The notes under the pieces: generated by a model
What the model was told of the DNA's origin: nothing
The model's input: the letters and a program-made list of their open reading frames with translations, nothing else
Database searches by the model: none
In this document: positions 25,407 through 35,800 of the stretch, one piece after another
How positions within the stretch are numbered: the first letter of the stretch is position 1
How the letters are laid out: the number at the start of each line of letters is the position of its first letter
Source: Bacteroidales bacterium
Lineage (GTDB): Bacteria; Bacteroidota; Bacteroidia; Bacteroidales; UBA932
Assembly: GCA_024401795.1 (NCBI GenBank)
Contig: JAKSKJ010000001.1
Span: 1 to 40,334 of the forward strand
DNA length: 40,334 nucleotides
Reading direction: 5' to 3'
Program-made: the position numbers and the translations under genes

Positions 25407-26768
25407 ATGAAATCTGACATTCTGATCATAGGAGGAGGCGCCTCCGGACTTATGGCGGCATACAGCGCCGCCAGAAATGCAGCCGACAACGGGAACGACA
25501 TTCTCGTGACCGTTCTTGAGAAAATGCCGCGTCCCGGAAGAAAAATCATGATTACCGGCAAGGGGCGGTGCAACTTTACGAACGTCAAGGCGTGGAACGA
25601 CTTCTCCGCCCACATCCGCAGCAATCCCAACTTCGTCAAATCCGCCTTCCATTCCCTCCCTTCGGAAAAAGTGGTCGGTTTTTTCGAAGGTTTCGGAGTA
25701 AAGACCGTAGTGGAACGCGGAGACCGCGCCTTCCCGGCATCGTACCACGCCTCCGACATTGTTGACGGCCTCGTAAACGCTTGTTATTCCGTAGGAGTAA
25801 AGATTATCACGGAATCGGAAGTCACCGGAATCACATTCCCCGGAAAAGAAGGCGGGGAATTCATTGCAACGCTGGCAACGGGAGACCGCTATTCGGGCAG
25901 GAGGCTCATCATCGCAACGGGAGGAATGAGTTATCCCGCCACAGGCAGCACCGGCGACGGCTACGGATGGGCACAGAACGCCGGGCACCGCATCACGCCC
26001 ACTTTTCCCGCACTCACAGCCCTTGTGCCCAAAGGCTACAAAGACACAGCGCTCAAGGGACACATAGACCGCGGCACTCCCCTTTCCGAACTCGGGACAG
26101 CCCTTTGCGGCATACAGCTGAAGAACATCAACGTCACGCTGCGCATCGAAGGCAACGACACCGACACGGAATTCGGCGACATAGACTTCACGGACGGAGG
26201 CATCGAGGGACCCGTCGGTTTCCAACTGAGCCGCAAGGCCGTAAAAGCTATGGTCAACGGCTCCAAAGCCGCGCTTTCCCTGGACCTGAAAGCCGGAGTC
26301 GGCCTGACGGAACTCACGGAAAGGGTCAAGGAACTGTGGAAGGAAGTGGACAGGGATCCACGCAGCCGCAACCTCAGGGAAAAAGAAAAGTGCCGTATCC
26401 TTCTCGGTAAACTGATGCCCTGGGACCTTATTCCGGCTTTCAACGCAATGCATCCGGAAATCATCACCCTGGAACGCCGCGGACGCACGGACACCAAGGT
26501 GTGGATCAACCTCGTCAGCATTGCCAAAGCATTGAAGGACTGGACATTCGAATTGTCCGGATACGTCGGTTACGAGCGCGCCGTGGTCACAGCCGGAGGC
26601 GTCAGCACCGACGAAATCGTTGCCAAGACTATGGAATCGCGGCTTGTTCCCGGCCTGTATTTCTGCGGTGAAGTGACGGATATGGACTGCGACACCGGAG
26701 GATACAATCTTCAGGCGGCCTTCTGCACAGGCTCGCTGGCGGGGACCTCGGCATCCAAATCGCTCTGA
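25407..26768 (+). CDS. HI0933/BaiN/YhiN family flavoprotein
   Basis: IIGGGASG, GRKIMITGKGRCNFTN, ATGGMSYPATGSTGDGY, AVVTAGGV and GGYNLQAAFCTG motifs. Confidence 0.93.
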   Translation: MKSDILIIGGGASGLMAAYSAARNAADNGNDILVTVLEKMPRPGRKIMITGKGRCNFTNVKAWNDFSAHIRSNPNFVKSAFHSLPSEKVVGFFEGFGVKTVVERGDRAFPASYHASDIVDGLVNACYSVGVKIITESEVTGITFPGKEGGEFIATLATGDRYSGRRLIIATGGMSYPATGSTGDGYGWAQNAGHRITPTFPALTALVPKGYKDTALKGHIDRGTPLSELGTALCGIQLKNINVTLRIEGNDTDTEFGDIDFTDGGIEGPVGFQLSRKAVKAMVNGSKAALSLDLKAGVGLTELTERVKELWKEVDRDPRSRNLREKEKCRILLGKLMPWDLIPAFNAMHPEIITLERRGRTDTKVWINLVSIAKALKDWTFELSGYVGYERAVVTAGGVSTDEIVAKTMESRLVPGLYFCGEVTDMDCDTGGYNLQAAFCTGSLAGTSASKSL

Positions 26769-26818
26769 ATGCTTTAGCAAAAGTGATTTTTATTATATTT
26801 GCAAAAAAAAATTTTACA

Positions 26819-27367
26819 ATGACAGCAATCATTATCATCGCCATCGCCGCAATCGTAGTTTTGTGGTTTATCGGAGTCCAGCGCAAACTGGTCAGCAAGG
26901 AAGAACTGTGCAAGAATGCAATGAGCCAGATAGGGGTCCAGCAGTCAAGCCGCTGGGATGCCCTCACAGCCCTTGCGGAACTCACCAAATCCTACAACGA
27001 GCACGAATACGGCACAATCAGGGACGTCATAGCCCAGAGGGCCAGCATAACCTCCGGCAGCAACGCCAAGGCCGCCGATGCCCAGGAAGATATGATGAAC
27101 TCCGTCCTGAGCCGCATAGTAGCCGTCGCGGAGCAGTATCCCGAGCTCAAGGCAAGCGAGAACTACGGCAAAACAATGGACAGCGTCAATCTGTACGAGA
27201 ATCAGGTGCGCACCAGCAGAATGGTCTATAACGACAGCGTCACCTCCTTCAACCGCATTGTGCGCCAGTTCCCCGATTCCATAGCCGCAAGCATCTTCGG
27301 ATTCAGGGAGAAGGACTACCTCCAGGAAGTCAAGTCAAAGGCCGAGATGCCTTCAATGAAGATTTAA
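26819..27367 (+). CDS. lemA: LemA family protein
   Basis: N-terminal TM, AVAEQYPELKASENY, R..YND.VT.FN and FPDSI.A.IFGF motifs. TATATTTG promoter at 26794-26801. Confidence 0.92.
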   Translation: MTAIIIIAIAAIVVLWFIGVQRKLVSKEELCKNAMSQIGVQQSSRWDALTALAELTKSYNEHEYGTIRDVIAQRASITSGSNAKAADAQEDMMNSVLSRIVAVAEQYPELKASENYGKTMDSVNLYENQVRTSRMVYNDSVTSFNRIVRQFPDSIAASIFGFREKDYLQEVKSKAEMPSMKI

Positions 27368-28936
27368 ATGCGACTTCTCGCCCTATTCATCTACATTCTG
27401 GCTGAACTCCAGCCGGACGGAAGCGCCGTCATCACGGAGCAGTGGGACATTGACGCAAGCCGCGGCACCGAGATATACCTGACCCGCAACAATCTGGGGG
27501 ACATTGAAATAAAGGACTTCTCGGTAAGCGGAGACGGCCAGGTCTTCATCAACGAAAACGGCTGGGACGTGAACCGCAGCCTTGAAGAGAAAGCGGGACG
27601 ATGCGGCATCGTCCCCACGCGCAGCGGATACGAACTGTGCTGGGGAATAGGCTCTTACGGACATCACAACTTCATTGCCCGCTACACTATGACCAATGCC
27701 GTCAAGTCGCTGGACGACTATGACAAGTTCCATCTGCAAATGGTCTCCCCCGGCATCGAGCCCTCCCCCGATGAGGTCAGCATCAAAATTGCCGCCCCCG
27801 TGGCGCTGAGTGATGCCAACACAAGGATATGGGGCTTCGGCTTCGAAGGTACGTCAGGTTTCTCCGAAGACGGGAAAGTCGTGTTCCGCTCCACATCCCC
27901 ATTCTCCCGCAACAGTTCCGCCATAGCGCTTCTGCGCTTCGACAAGGGCATTTTCAGTTCCAACAGCATTGAAGCGCACGGTTTTGACGAAGACCTGCAA
28001 CGGGCTTTGGAAGGAGCGTCCTTCAGTGATGACGGGGAAGATGACAGGGAAGGCCTGTTCTTCGCCCTGTTATTTTTCTTCTTCGGCCTGTTCACGGTGA
28101 TTGCGGCCGCATTTGCAAGAAAAAGGAACAGGGAGAAAATTCTGGGCTGCAACGGGAAGGACATCAAATGGTACAGGGATATCCCCTGCGACGGAGACGT
28201 CCTCAGCGCAAACTACATATTGGAACGGCTCGGGGAAGGAGGAAAGGACACCATAGCCTCGGCTATGATACTCAGGATGATAAACAACGGCATCATTCTG
28301 GTGTCGCACGACAGCCGCGACCGCATAGAAATGTCGTTCAATCCTTCCGCGGACACCGGCAGTCTGTCGGCATCCGAGCGCGGGCTGTATGATATGATGA
28401 AAGAAGCCAGCGGACGGGATATGATTCTGCAGCACAACGAGTTCAAAAGATGGTCCGTAAGACACACGTCCACAATAGCAAAATGGGCGGATTCTCTGAA
28501 GGATGAAGGACAGGACAGGATGACGGAGCGAGGTCAGATAAGCGGCAGGACTTTCCTGAAATCAGGTCAGGAGTGCGCCAGAAACCTTATCGGCTTCCGC
28601 AAATACCTCAAGGACTTCACTCTGGTGAATGAGCGCAGGAGCATTGAAGTCGGAGTCTGGCACGACCTGCTGGTATTCGCCGCCCTGTTCGGAATAGCGG
28701 AGAAAGTGGCGGAGGAACTTAAGGAAATCAACCCGAAGGCATTCGAAGAGACCTTCCTCGGGGAGCCGGACGTCACCTTCAGGACCATACGTATGACCCG
28801 CGCGATGGCAAGTTCCATAACCAATGCCAGAGCCGCACACGGTGCAGGAGCGTCACGCGGAGGATTCGGTGGAGTCACTTCCTTCGGAGGAGGCGGAGGC
28901 TTCAGCGGAGGCGGGTTCGGAGGAGGAGTCAGATAG
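27368..28936 (+). CDS. DUF2207-domain membrane protein
   Basis: DGSAVITE, central TM, GFRKYLKDF, LVFAALFGIA and a Gly-rich C-terminus. Typical partner of lemA and abuts the lemA stop. Confidence 0.85.
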   Translation: MRLLALFIYILAELQPDGSAVITEQWDIDASRGTEIYLTRNNLGDIEIKDFSVSGDGQVFINENGWDVNRSLEEKAGRCGIVPTRSGYELCWGIGSYGHHNFIARYTMTNAVKSLDDYDKFHLQMVSPGIEPSPDEVSIKIAAPVALSDANTRIWGFGFEGTSGFSEDGKVVFRSTSPFSRNSSAIALLRFDKGIFSSNSIEAHGFDEDLQRALEGASFSDDGEDDREGLFFALLFFFFGLFTVIAAAFARKRNREKILGCNGKDIKWYRDIPCDGDVLSANYILERLGEGGKDTIASAMILRMINNGIILVSHDSRDRIEMSFNPSADTGSLSASERGLYDMMKEASGRDMILQHNEFKRWSVRHTSTIAKWADSLKDEGQDRMTERGQISGRTFLKSGQECARNLIGFRKYLKDFTLVNERRSIEVGVWHDLLVFAALFGIAEKVAEELKEINPKAFEETFLGEPDVTFRTIRMTRAMASSITNARAAHGAGASRGGFGGVTSFGGGGGFSGGGFGGGVR

Positions 28937-28943
28937 AACGGAA

Positions 28944-30206
28944 ATGAAAATTTGCATAGGACTTTCAGGAGGAGTTGACTCCAGCGTAGCCGCCCTGCTG
29001 CTCAAAAGGCAGGGTTATGACGTGTTCGCCATGTATATGCAGAACTGGCACGACATAGAAGGCACGCTTCACGGCGAATGTGAATGGGAGGAGGAGAAGT
29101 TCGTGGCGGAAATGGTCGCACGCAAGATTGGCATCCCCTTCTATTTCGTGGACCTCAGCAAAGAATATATGTCGCGCGTAGCCGATTATATGTTCGACGA
29201 ATACGCCAGGGGACGCACCCCGAATCCGGATGTTCTGTGCAACTCGCAGATAAAGTTTGACGCATTCCTCAAAGCCGCCGGGCGCCTCGGAGCCGATATG
29301 GTCGCCACGGGCCATTACTGCCGCAAGCGGCAGGCCGCAGATGAGGACGGCAAGCCCGTTTTCGACGCTGAAGGCAATCCTGTATGGAGCATTCTGGAGG
29401 GAACGGACCTCAACAAATGCCAGGCATATTTCCTCTGCCAGCTCTCCCAGGAACAATTGTCCAAAGCCCTTTTCCCCATTGGAGACCTGGATAAGAAGGA
29501 GGTCAGGAGGATAGCGGCGGAAGCCGATCTTCCCAGTGCCGACAAGAAAGACTCGCAGGGCATCTGCTTCGTGGGCAAGGTTGACCTGCCCGTATTCCTG
29601 CAGCAGAAACTCAAATCCGAAGAAGGAGATGTGGTGGAAGTTTTCCCGGCATACTATGACAGTCACCCCGAGACTTTCGCCTCCCCTTACGACTATTCCG
29701 ACATCGTATTCGAAACGGAGACATACCGCAGCGGCAGGAAGCACGTCAAAAAGACAAGATACAAGGCTCACCCCTGGGGTGCGGTGATCGGACGGCACGA
29801 AGGGGCCCAGTTCTACACTCTCGGCCAGAGAAAAGGCCTCGCCATCGGAGGCCACAAAAGCCCGCTCTTCGTGATAGGGACCGACATAGAGCGCAACGTC
29901 ATCTACGTAGGAGAAGGGGAATCTCACCCCGGCCTCTTCCGTTCCGCCCTGAAAATCAATCCCGACGAAATCCACTGGATACGCCCCGACCTTGAACTGA
30001 AGCCCGGAGAGGAAGGTCGCTACAGGCTGCGTATCCGTTACCGCCAGGCCCTTCAGGGTGCAGTGCTCAAAAGGACAGAAGAAGGATTGTTCATAATTTT
30101 TGACGAGCCGCAGCGGAGCATCACTCCCGGCCAGTTTGCAGTCTGGTATGCGGACGACGGGACTTCCGCACCTGAAATGATAGGCAGCGGGGTTATTTCA
30201 GCCTGA
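28944..30206 (+). CDS. mnmA: tRNA 2-thiouridine(34) synthase
   Basis: GLSGGVDSS PP-loop, TPNPDVLCN, ATGHY, KKDSQGICF, YTLGQRKGL and ITPGQFAVWY motifs. Confidence 0.97.
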   Translation: MKICIGLSGGVDSSVAALLLKRQGYDVFAMYMQNWHDIEGTLHGECEWEEEKFVAEMVARKIGIPFYFVDLSKEYMSRVADYMFDEYARGRTPNPDVLCNSQIKFDAFLKAAGRLGADMVATGHYCRKRQAADEDGKPVFDAEGNPVWSILEGTDLNKCQAYFLCQLSQEQLSKALFPIGDLDKKEVRRIAAEADLPSADKKDSQGICFVGKVDLPVFLQQKLKSEEGDVVEVFPAYYDSHPETFASPYDYSDIVFETETYRSGRKHVKKTRYKAHPWGAVIGRHEGAQFYTLGQRKGLAIGGHKSPLFVIGTDIERNVIYVGEGESHPGLFRSALKINPDEIHWIRPDLELKPGEEGRYRLRIRYRQALQGAVLKRTEEGLFIIFDEPQRSITPGQFAVWYADDGTSAPEMIGSGVISA

Positions 30207-30207
30207 A

Positions 30208-31767
30208 TCAGCGTTCTGCGGCGCAGGCCTCCGCACAGCGTATGCCGTCTATGGCACTGGAAACTATGCCTCCGGAATAGCCGGCCCCCTCCCCGCAGGG
30301 ATAGATGCCTGGCATCGAAACATATTCGAGAGTCCCGGGGTCGCGCGGAATCCTTACCGGGGATGATGTACGGGACTCGACTCCCAGCAGCAGAGCCGCA
30401 TTGCTGAAATAATTGCGCATCTTCACCCTCGGAAACACTTTCCGCAGCCTTTCCGCCACCATAGGCGGCAGCAACTCGTGCAAAGGAGCGCTGATGGCTC
30501 CGGGATGATATGAAGTCTCCGGAACGGTCTTTGAGAGTCTGCCCTCGCAGAAATCCTGCATTCTCTGGGCGGGTGCCGCCATAGGGTTGTCGAAGGCTCC
30601 GTCCGTCGCCGGCACTTCCTTTCTCGATTTTGCCGAACATCTGACCGATTCGCAGTAATCGAACATCCTCCGCTCCACGGACTGTTGGAAGTCCATCAGA
30701 CGGAAAGGGTCTTCACCGGGCACATCTTCCGGCTCTATCTGCACCACCACCCCGGCATTCGCAAACTTGCCGTTTCGCGCCGAATTCGACATTCCGTTGA
30801 GCACCACCGTACGCGGCTCGGTGGAAGAAGGCACCAGAATCCCCCCGGGGCACATACAGAAAGAAAATACTCCCCTTCCATCCACCTGTTCCACAAAAGA
30901 ATATTCCGCCGCAGGCACGCCGGGTTTCCATTGTCCGTGATACTGGCACCAGTTTATCTTCTCCTGGGGATGTTCCACGCGCACTCCGAGCGCGAAGCCT
31001 TTGGCCTCCAATTTCCCTCCTGCGGAATGCAGCATTTCATATACGTCCCTGGCCGAATGTCCCGTAGCCAGAATTATCCTGTCCGAAAAGTATTCCCCGC
31101 CGTCCGAAGTCGCCACCCGGTATTCTCCACCGGCAATTTCCGTGATGGAAGTGACCTTCGCCCCGAAATGATATTCCCCACCGTGCTCAAGCACACATTT
31201 GCGGATATTCTCCACCACTATGGGAAGTTTGTCGGAGCCTATGTGCGGATGCGCATCGACGAGTATGTCGGGACTGGCCCCGAACCTCACCAGCTGATGC
31301 AGCACCTCGCGTATGTCTCCCCTTTTCGAAGACCTTGTATATAGTTTCCCATCAGAGAATGCCCCCGCGCCGCCTTCACCGTAACAGTAGTTGGATTCGG
31401 GGTTCACGGCGCCGGTCCTGGAAAGCGCAGCCATATCGTATTTGCGTCCGTGGACGTCCTTTCCGCGCTCCAGAACTACGGGTTTAAGCCCGAGAGTCAG
31501 CAGTTTCAGGGCGGCGAACATCCCGGCGGGGCCAGCCCCTACTACTATGACAGATTTTGCTTCCCCAACGTTCAAATACTCCGGCAGGACATATTCGGAA
31601 TAATTGTCTTCCGGAGCATAAGCCTCGTACTGATAGCGCCATACCGGTTCCTTGCGGGCATCTATCGAGCGCTTTTTCAAAACCCACTTCAGTCCCCCGG
31701 CCTTTGCTTCGATTTCCTTCAGTCGCGGTTCGCGCGACAGAGGGCACGCTATTTCGAATTCTTTCAT
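30208..31767 (-). CDS. Uncharacterised FAD-dependent oxidoreductase (COG2509-like)
   Basis: VVGAGPAG, GEGGAGAFSDGKL, PHIGSD, ATGHSARD, FCMCPGG, ESRTSSPVRI and GEGAGYSGGI motifs. Confidence 0.9.
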   Translation of the reverse strand: MKEFEIACPLSREPRLKEIEAKAGGLKWVLKKRSIDARKEPVWRYQYEAYAPEDNYSEYVLPEYLNVGEAKSVIVVGAGPAGMFAALKLLTLGLKPVVLERGKDVHGRKYDMAALSRTGAVNPESNYCYGEGGAGAFSDGKLYTRSSKRGDIREVLHQLVRFGASPDILVDAHPHIGSDKLPIVVENIRKCVLEHGGEYHFGAKVTSITEIAGGEYRVATSDGGEYFSDRIILATGHSARDVYEMLHSAGGKLEAKGFALGVRVEHPQEKINWCQYHGQWKPGVPAAEYSFVEQVDGRGVFSFCMCPGGILVPSSTEPRTVVLNGMSNSARNGKFANAGVVVQIEPEDVPGEDPFRLMDFQQSVERRMFDYCESVRCSAKSRKEVPATDGAFDNPMAAPAQRMQDFCEGRLSKTVPETSYHPGAISAPLHELLPPMVAERLRKVFPRVKMRNYFSNAALLLGVESRTSSPVRIPRDPGTLEYVSMPGIYPCGEGAGYSGGIVSSAIDGIRCAEACAAER

Positions 31768-32789
31768 AGGAAATCAGCCATTCTTGAAACGGGAGCGACG
31801 TCCAACGGGGCCCTTTCTCCGGCCTTGTAGTGGAAATAACCGGCGATGGCAATCATAGCCGCATTGTCGGTAGTGAACTTGAATTCAGGCAGATAGGTAT
31901 TCCATCCGCGTTTCTTCCCTTCCAAGGTTATCCTTTCCCGGAGTCCGCTGTTCGCGGACACGCCGCCGCCTATCGCCACCTCCTTTATTCCGGTCTGCCC
32001 GGCCGCCTTGATGAGTTTGTCCATCAGAATATCGATGAGGGCTTTCTGGAATGAGGCACAGATGTCCTCCTTGTTCTTCTCCATAAATTCGGGGTCGCGG
32101 GCCATCTCGTCCCTCACGAAATAAAGAAGCGACGTCTTGATGCCGCTGAAACTGTAGTCCAGCCCGGGGATGTGAGGCTTCGCGAACTTGAACCTGCCGG
32201 GGTCACCCTGTTTCGCCAGTCTGTCGATAACCGGGCCTCCGGGATAACCCAGTCCCATCATCTTGGAGCATTTGTCGAAGGCCTCCCCCACCGCATCGTC
32301 TATCGTCTGGCCCAGAATCTCGAAATGCAGGGGGTCGTCCACCCTCACTATCTGCGAATTGCCACCGCTTACGAGAAGGCAGAGATATGGGAACTCAGGC
32401 TCGCACACCGGTTTGTCCGGCTGACGGACGAAATTGGCCAGAATATGCCCCTGCAGATGGTTCACCATCACAATAGGGATATCGAGTGCTATTCCCAAAG
32501 TCTTTGCGAAAGAAGTTCCTACAAGCAGGGAGCCCAGCAGGCCCGGCCCCCTCGTGAACGCTATTGCCGTGAGGTCGGAAGCCCCGATGCCCGCTCTGGA
32601 GAGCGCTTCGCTCACAACCGGAACAATATTCAGTTCGTGGGCCCGCGAGGCCAGTTCCGGAACGACGCCTCCGTATGCGCGGTGGACGTCCTGCGACGCG
32701 ATGACGTTGGAAAGCAGGTAACCGTCCCTTATGACGGCCGCCGATGTGTCATCGCAAGATGATTCTATTCCTAAAATAATGTCTGCCAT
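31764..32789 (-). CDS. tsaD: tRNA N6-adenosine threonylcarbamoyltransferase
   Basis: LGIESSCDDT, GGVVPELASRAH, NHLQGH, DDAVGEAFDK, GGVSAN and TDNAAMI motifs. Confidence 0.98.
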   Translation of the reverse strand: MADIILGIESSCDDTSAAVIRDGYLLSNVIASQDVHRAYGGVVPELASRAHELNIVPVVSEALSRAGIGASDLTAIAFTRGPGLLGSLLVGTSFAKTLGIALDIPIVMVNHLQGHILANFVRQPDKPVCEPEFPYLCLLVSGGNSQIVRVDDPLHFEILGQTIDDAVGEAFDKCSKMMGLGYPGGPVIDRLAKQGDPGRFKFAKPHIPGLDYSFSGIKTSLLYFVRDEMARDPEFMEKNKEDICASFQKALIDILMDKLIKAAGQTGIKEVAIGGGVSANSGLRERITLEGKKRGWNTYLPEFKFTTDNAAMIAIAGYFHYKAGERAPLDVAPVSRMADFL

Positions 32790-32800
32790 AGTTCGGGAGG

Positions 32801-32830
32801 CAAATTTAACAAATAAAATCGTTATATTTG
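32801..32830. promoter_or_regulatory. Back-to-back -7 promoter pair (tsaD / tamB)
   Basis: caaattta at 32801-08 (TAAATTTG on -) and tatatttg at 32823-30 (+). Confidence 0.75.
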
Positions 32831-32855
32831 TTGATTGTATAATTGTCATTCAACA

Positions 32856-35800
32856 ATGAAAATCAAGGACCCGGCAGGACGGACAGCAGGCATTGTCGCC
32901 ATTGTTCTCATCGCCATCACGATGGTGACGGGCAATTCTGCCGTCCAGACCCGGCTGGTCCACATATTCACCGGGAAACTGAAAGATTCCATCAACGGAG
33001 AAATCCTTATCGGCAACATATCCGTCAAATCTTTCAGCACCATCGTGATCGACGACCTTGTCATCCTCGACAACGAACCGGCCCTGGATATTCACAATAA
33101 GGGATTCGCGCCTTCGGACACCCTGTTCAGGGCAGAAAAGGTTACGGGGAAATTCTCCCTCCGGAGCCTCTTTTCGGGCAAGGGTATGCATTTCAGCCGT
33201 TTCGAGATAGATGATGCCGTGTTCAATATGGTATCCGAAACCTCCGGCAACTGGAAAAATAACTACCAGCGCATATTCAGGACAGCGACAGCTCCGGAAG
33301 TTCCGGTTGCCGGCCCTCAAATCTTCGACATACGGAAACTGAGATTCAGAAATTTCAATTTCCGTATGATAGATATGACCAAGCCTGTCCACAAATACAA
33401 AGGGGCGGGGTTTGACTGGCAATATCTTGACCTGATGATATCCGAACTCAACGCCCGTGATGTCCGCTTCGGAGGAAGGAAGCTCACGCTCAATCTGACA
33501 GACCTGACATTCACAGAGGGGAACGGCTACGGGCCTGCACGGCTCAAGGGCGACTTCGACATAGGTATGGGGGATTTCATCATCAGAGACTTCCAGCTGA
33601 CGGACAGCGGCACGGAACTCAATGTTCCCGACATCACGATGTCGTACAAGAACGCTTATTCATTCGCCGATTTCTCGAGGAAAGTACATTTCGACAACAT
33701 ACAGGTCGGCAGGTCCGAAGTGTCGGGTCAAACCTTGAACTCCATTTTAGGCCTGCTCCCCGGAAATTCTCTGGTGTTCGACGTGGAGACGCTTAATGTC
33801 AATGGGTACGTAAACGATTTGAACGTCAAATCATTTCGGCTTGTCGAACGCAACAGCGGCACATACATTGACCAAACAGGCAGAGTCTCCGGCCTTTGCA
33901 CTTTCCCGGACGTGTTCATCGACAGCGGCATCAAACAGCTCAAGTTCACTTCATCCGGACTGGCCGCCCTGCTGCCTTCGCCGTCGGAAGGTACGGCGGC
34001 AAAAATGAGAAACTTCGCCCCCGGGGAAACTCTTCTTTTTTCGGGCAGGGCCTGCGGCCGTCTCAACGAACTCTCTGTCGATGCTGACCTGCGGCTTGGC
34101 ACGGGGCGTTTCTCTTCCAAGGCGACAATCAGCAATCTGGGTGACAAAAAACGGAAGACGGAAATAAAGGGAATCGCAGAAACGGACAATTTCAATCTGG
34201 GCAAACTGCTCAACAAGAAAGCCCTCGGAGAATTCACCGCCTGTGCAGGTCTTCAGGCGATTCTGACGAAGGAAGAAACTTCCGTCCTGATAGACTCCTT
34301 CAAAATCGACAGATTGAACGCTTTGGGATATGATTATTCCGGCATCAAGGCAATGGGCAGAATGACGGGAAGAAATTTCGACGGAAAGATTGTATGCAAC
34401 GATCCCAATCTTAATTTCCTTTTCCAGGGGATATGCAATTTCTCCACAAAAACACAGAATGCCCGGTACAATTTCTTCGCAAATCTCGCATACGCCGACC
34501 TGAAAGCCTTGAATCTGGACAGACGGGAAAACGTCGGGACATCCAGAGCATCCTGCCGGATGAGTTCGGACTTCCTGCGCATCGTAAAGGGAGACGGGAC
34601 GGGCGACATCAAAATCAGGGATATAATCCTTGAGGATGACAACGGAGAACACCTGATTGGAGATGCAACGGTGGAATCCGGAACAGGTTCCGACGGCTAT
34701 AGGATAAAGTTCAGCTCAAACTTCGCGGACGGATGGTTTTCCGGAACCGGCTCCATCCCCGGATTTGTCAAAGACCTCAAGTACGCCACGACACGCAGGC
34801 ATCTCCCATCCCTGTATGCCTTAACCGACAGGGAAACCGAAAGAGAGACAGGGAACTACAGTGTGGATTTCTCCTTCCACGATTCAAGAGACCTGCTGTC
34901 TTTCATCAAACCGGGACTTTATATAGCGGATTCAACCGCATTCCACCTTGACCTCGGGAAGAATGGGAATCTGCTAGCTACCCTGGAGTCACCGAGACTC
35001 GCATTGTCCAGAAACTACCTCAGGAACTCCGTGACAAGTGTGGACAACACCGGCGGCATACTGCTGCTGACTTCGGCAAACGAGGAAGTGAGAGCAGCAG
35101 ACCGCATTATGCACAACGCCAGGCTCAACGTTTCCGCAGAAAAGGATTCCGTCAGAATGGATCTCCTTTTTGACGGCAAAGACAAGGAAAGTGAATTCGG
35201 CGAAATCCACGCGGACGGATTGTTTTCGAGAGACTCCAAGGACTCTCTCGAGATTCTGCTGAGGCCGCTCCGGTCAAGCATACGCAACAAGGAAAGGATC
35301 TGGAACATTGCCAAGTCCTCCATCAGAATCAAGGGCGGCGACGTGGACGTTGACACTTTCCGTATTTCCAGCAATGTACAGGAACTCATAATAAAGGGAG
35401 GTTTGTCGAAATCAAGCCACGACAGCCTGAGCTTGGATTTGAAGAATATAGAACTTGGGATGGCACGCGGTTTCACCGCAAAAGACTATGGCATAGAGGG
35501 CAACGCCAACGGACACGCCGCCATTGTATCTCCCCTCGGGAAGGAGATGCAGATTTTCATCGACGTGCTCTGCGATTCACTCAAGGTCGGCAACCAGGAC
35601 GTCGGAACAATGGCCTTATACGGCAATTGGGATAAAACCGACAGCAGACTCAATCTTGGCATCGAAGGAGAAAAGAACGGCGAAATTCCAATACTCGCCG
35701 GCGGATTCTTCGATCCTGACGAAAAAAAGATAAATTTCAATGCCAGACTGGACAAGTTCAATCTGGCCGTTGCCGAACCTCTGGTTGAAAAATTCATTTC

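Noticed and set aside
25284-26780. 498-aa antisense ORF, plus other long antisense ORFs such as 8192-9187, 22558-23592, 28965-29975 and 12927-13796
   Set aside because: These are shadows of well-supported genes on the opposite strand, have no recognisable motifs, and are expected from the codon bias.
28845-28933. GGA/GGC-rich repeat-like tract
   Set aside because: It simply encodes the normal Gly-rich tail of DUF2207 proteins.
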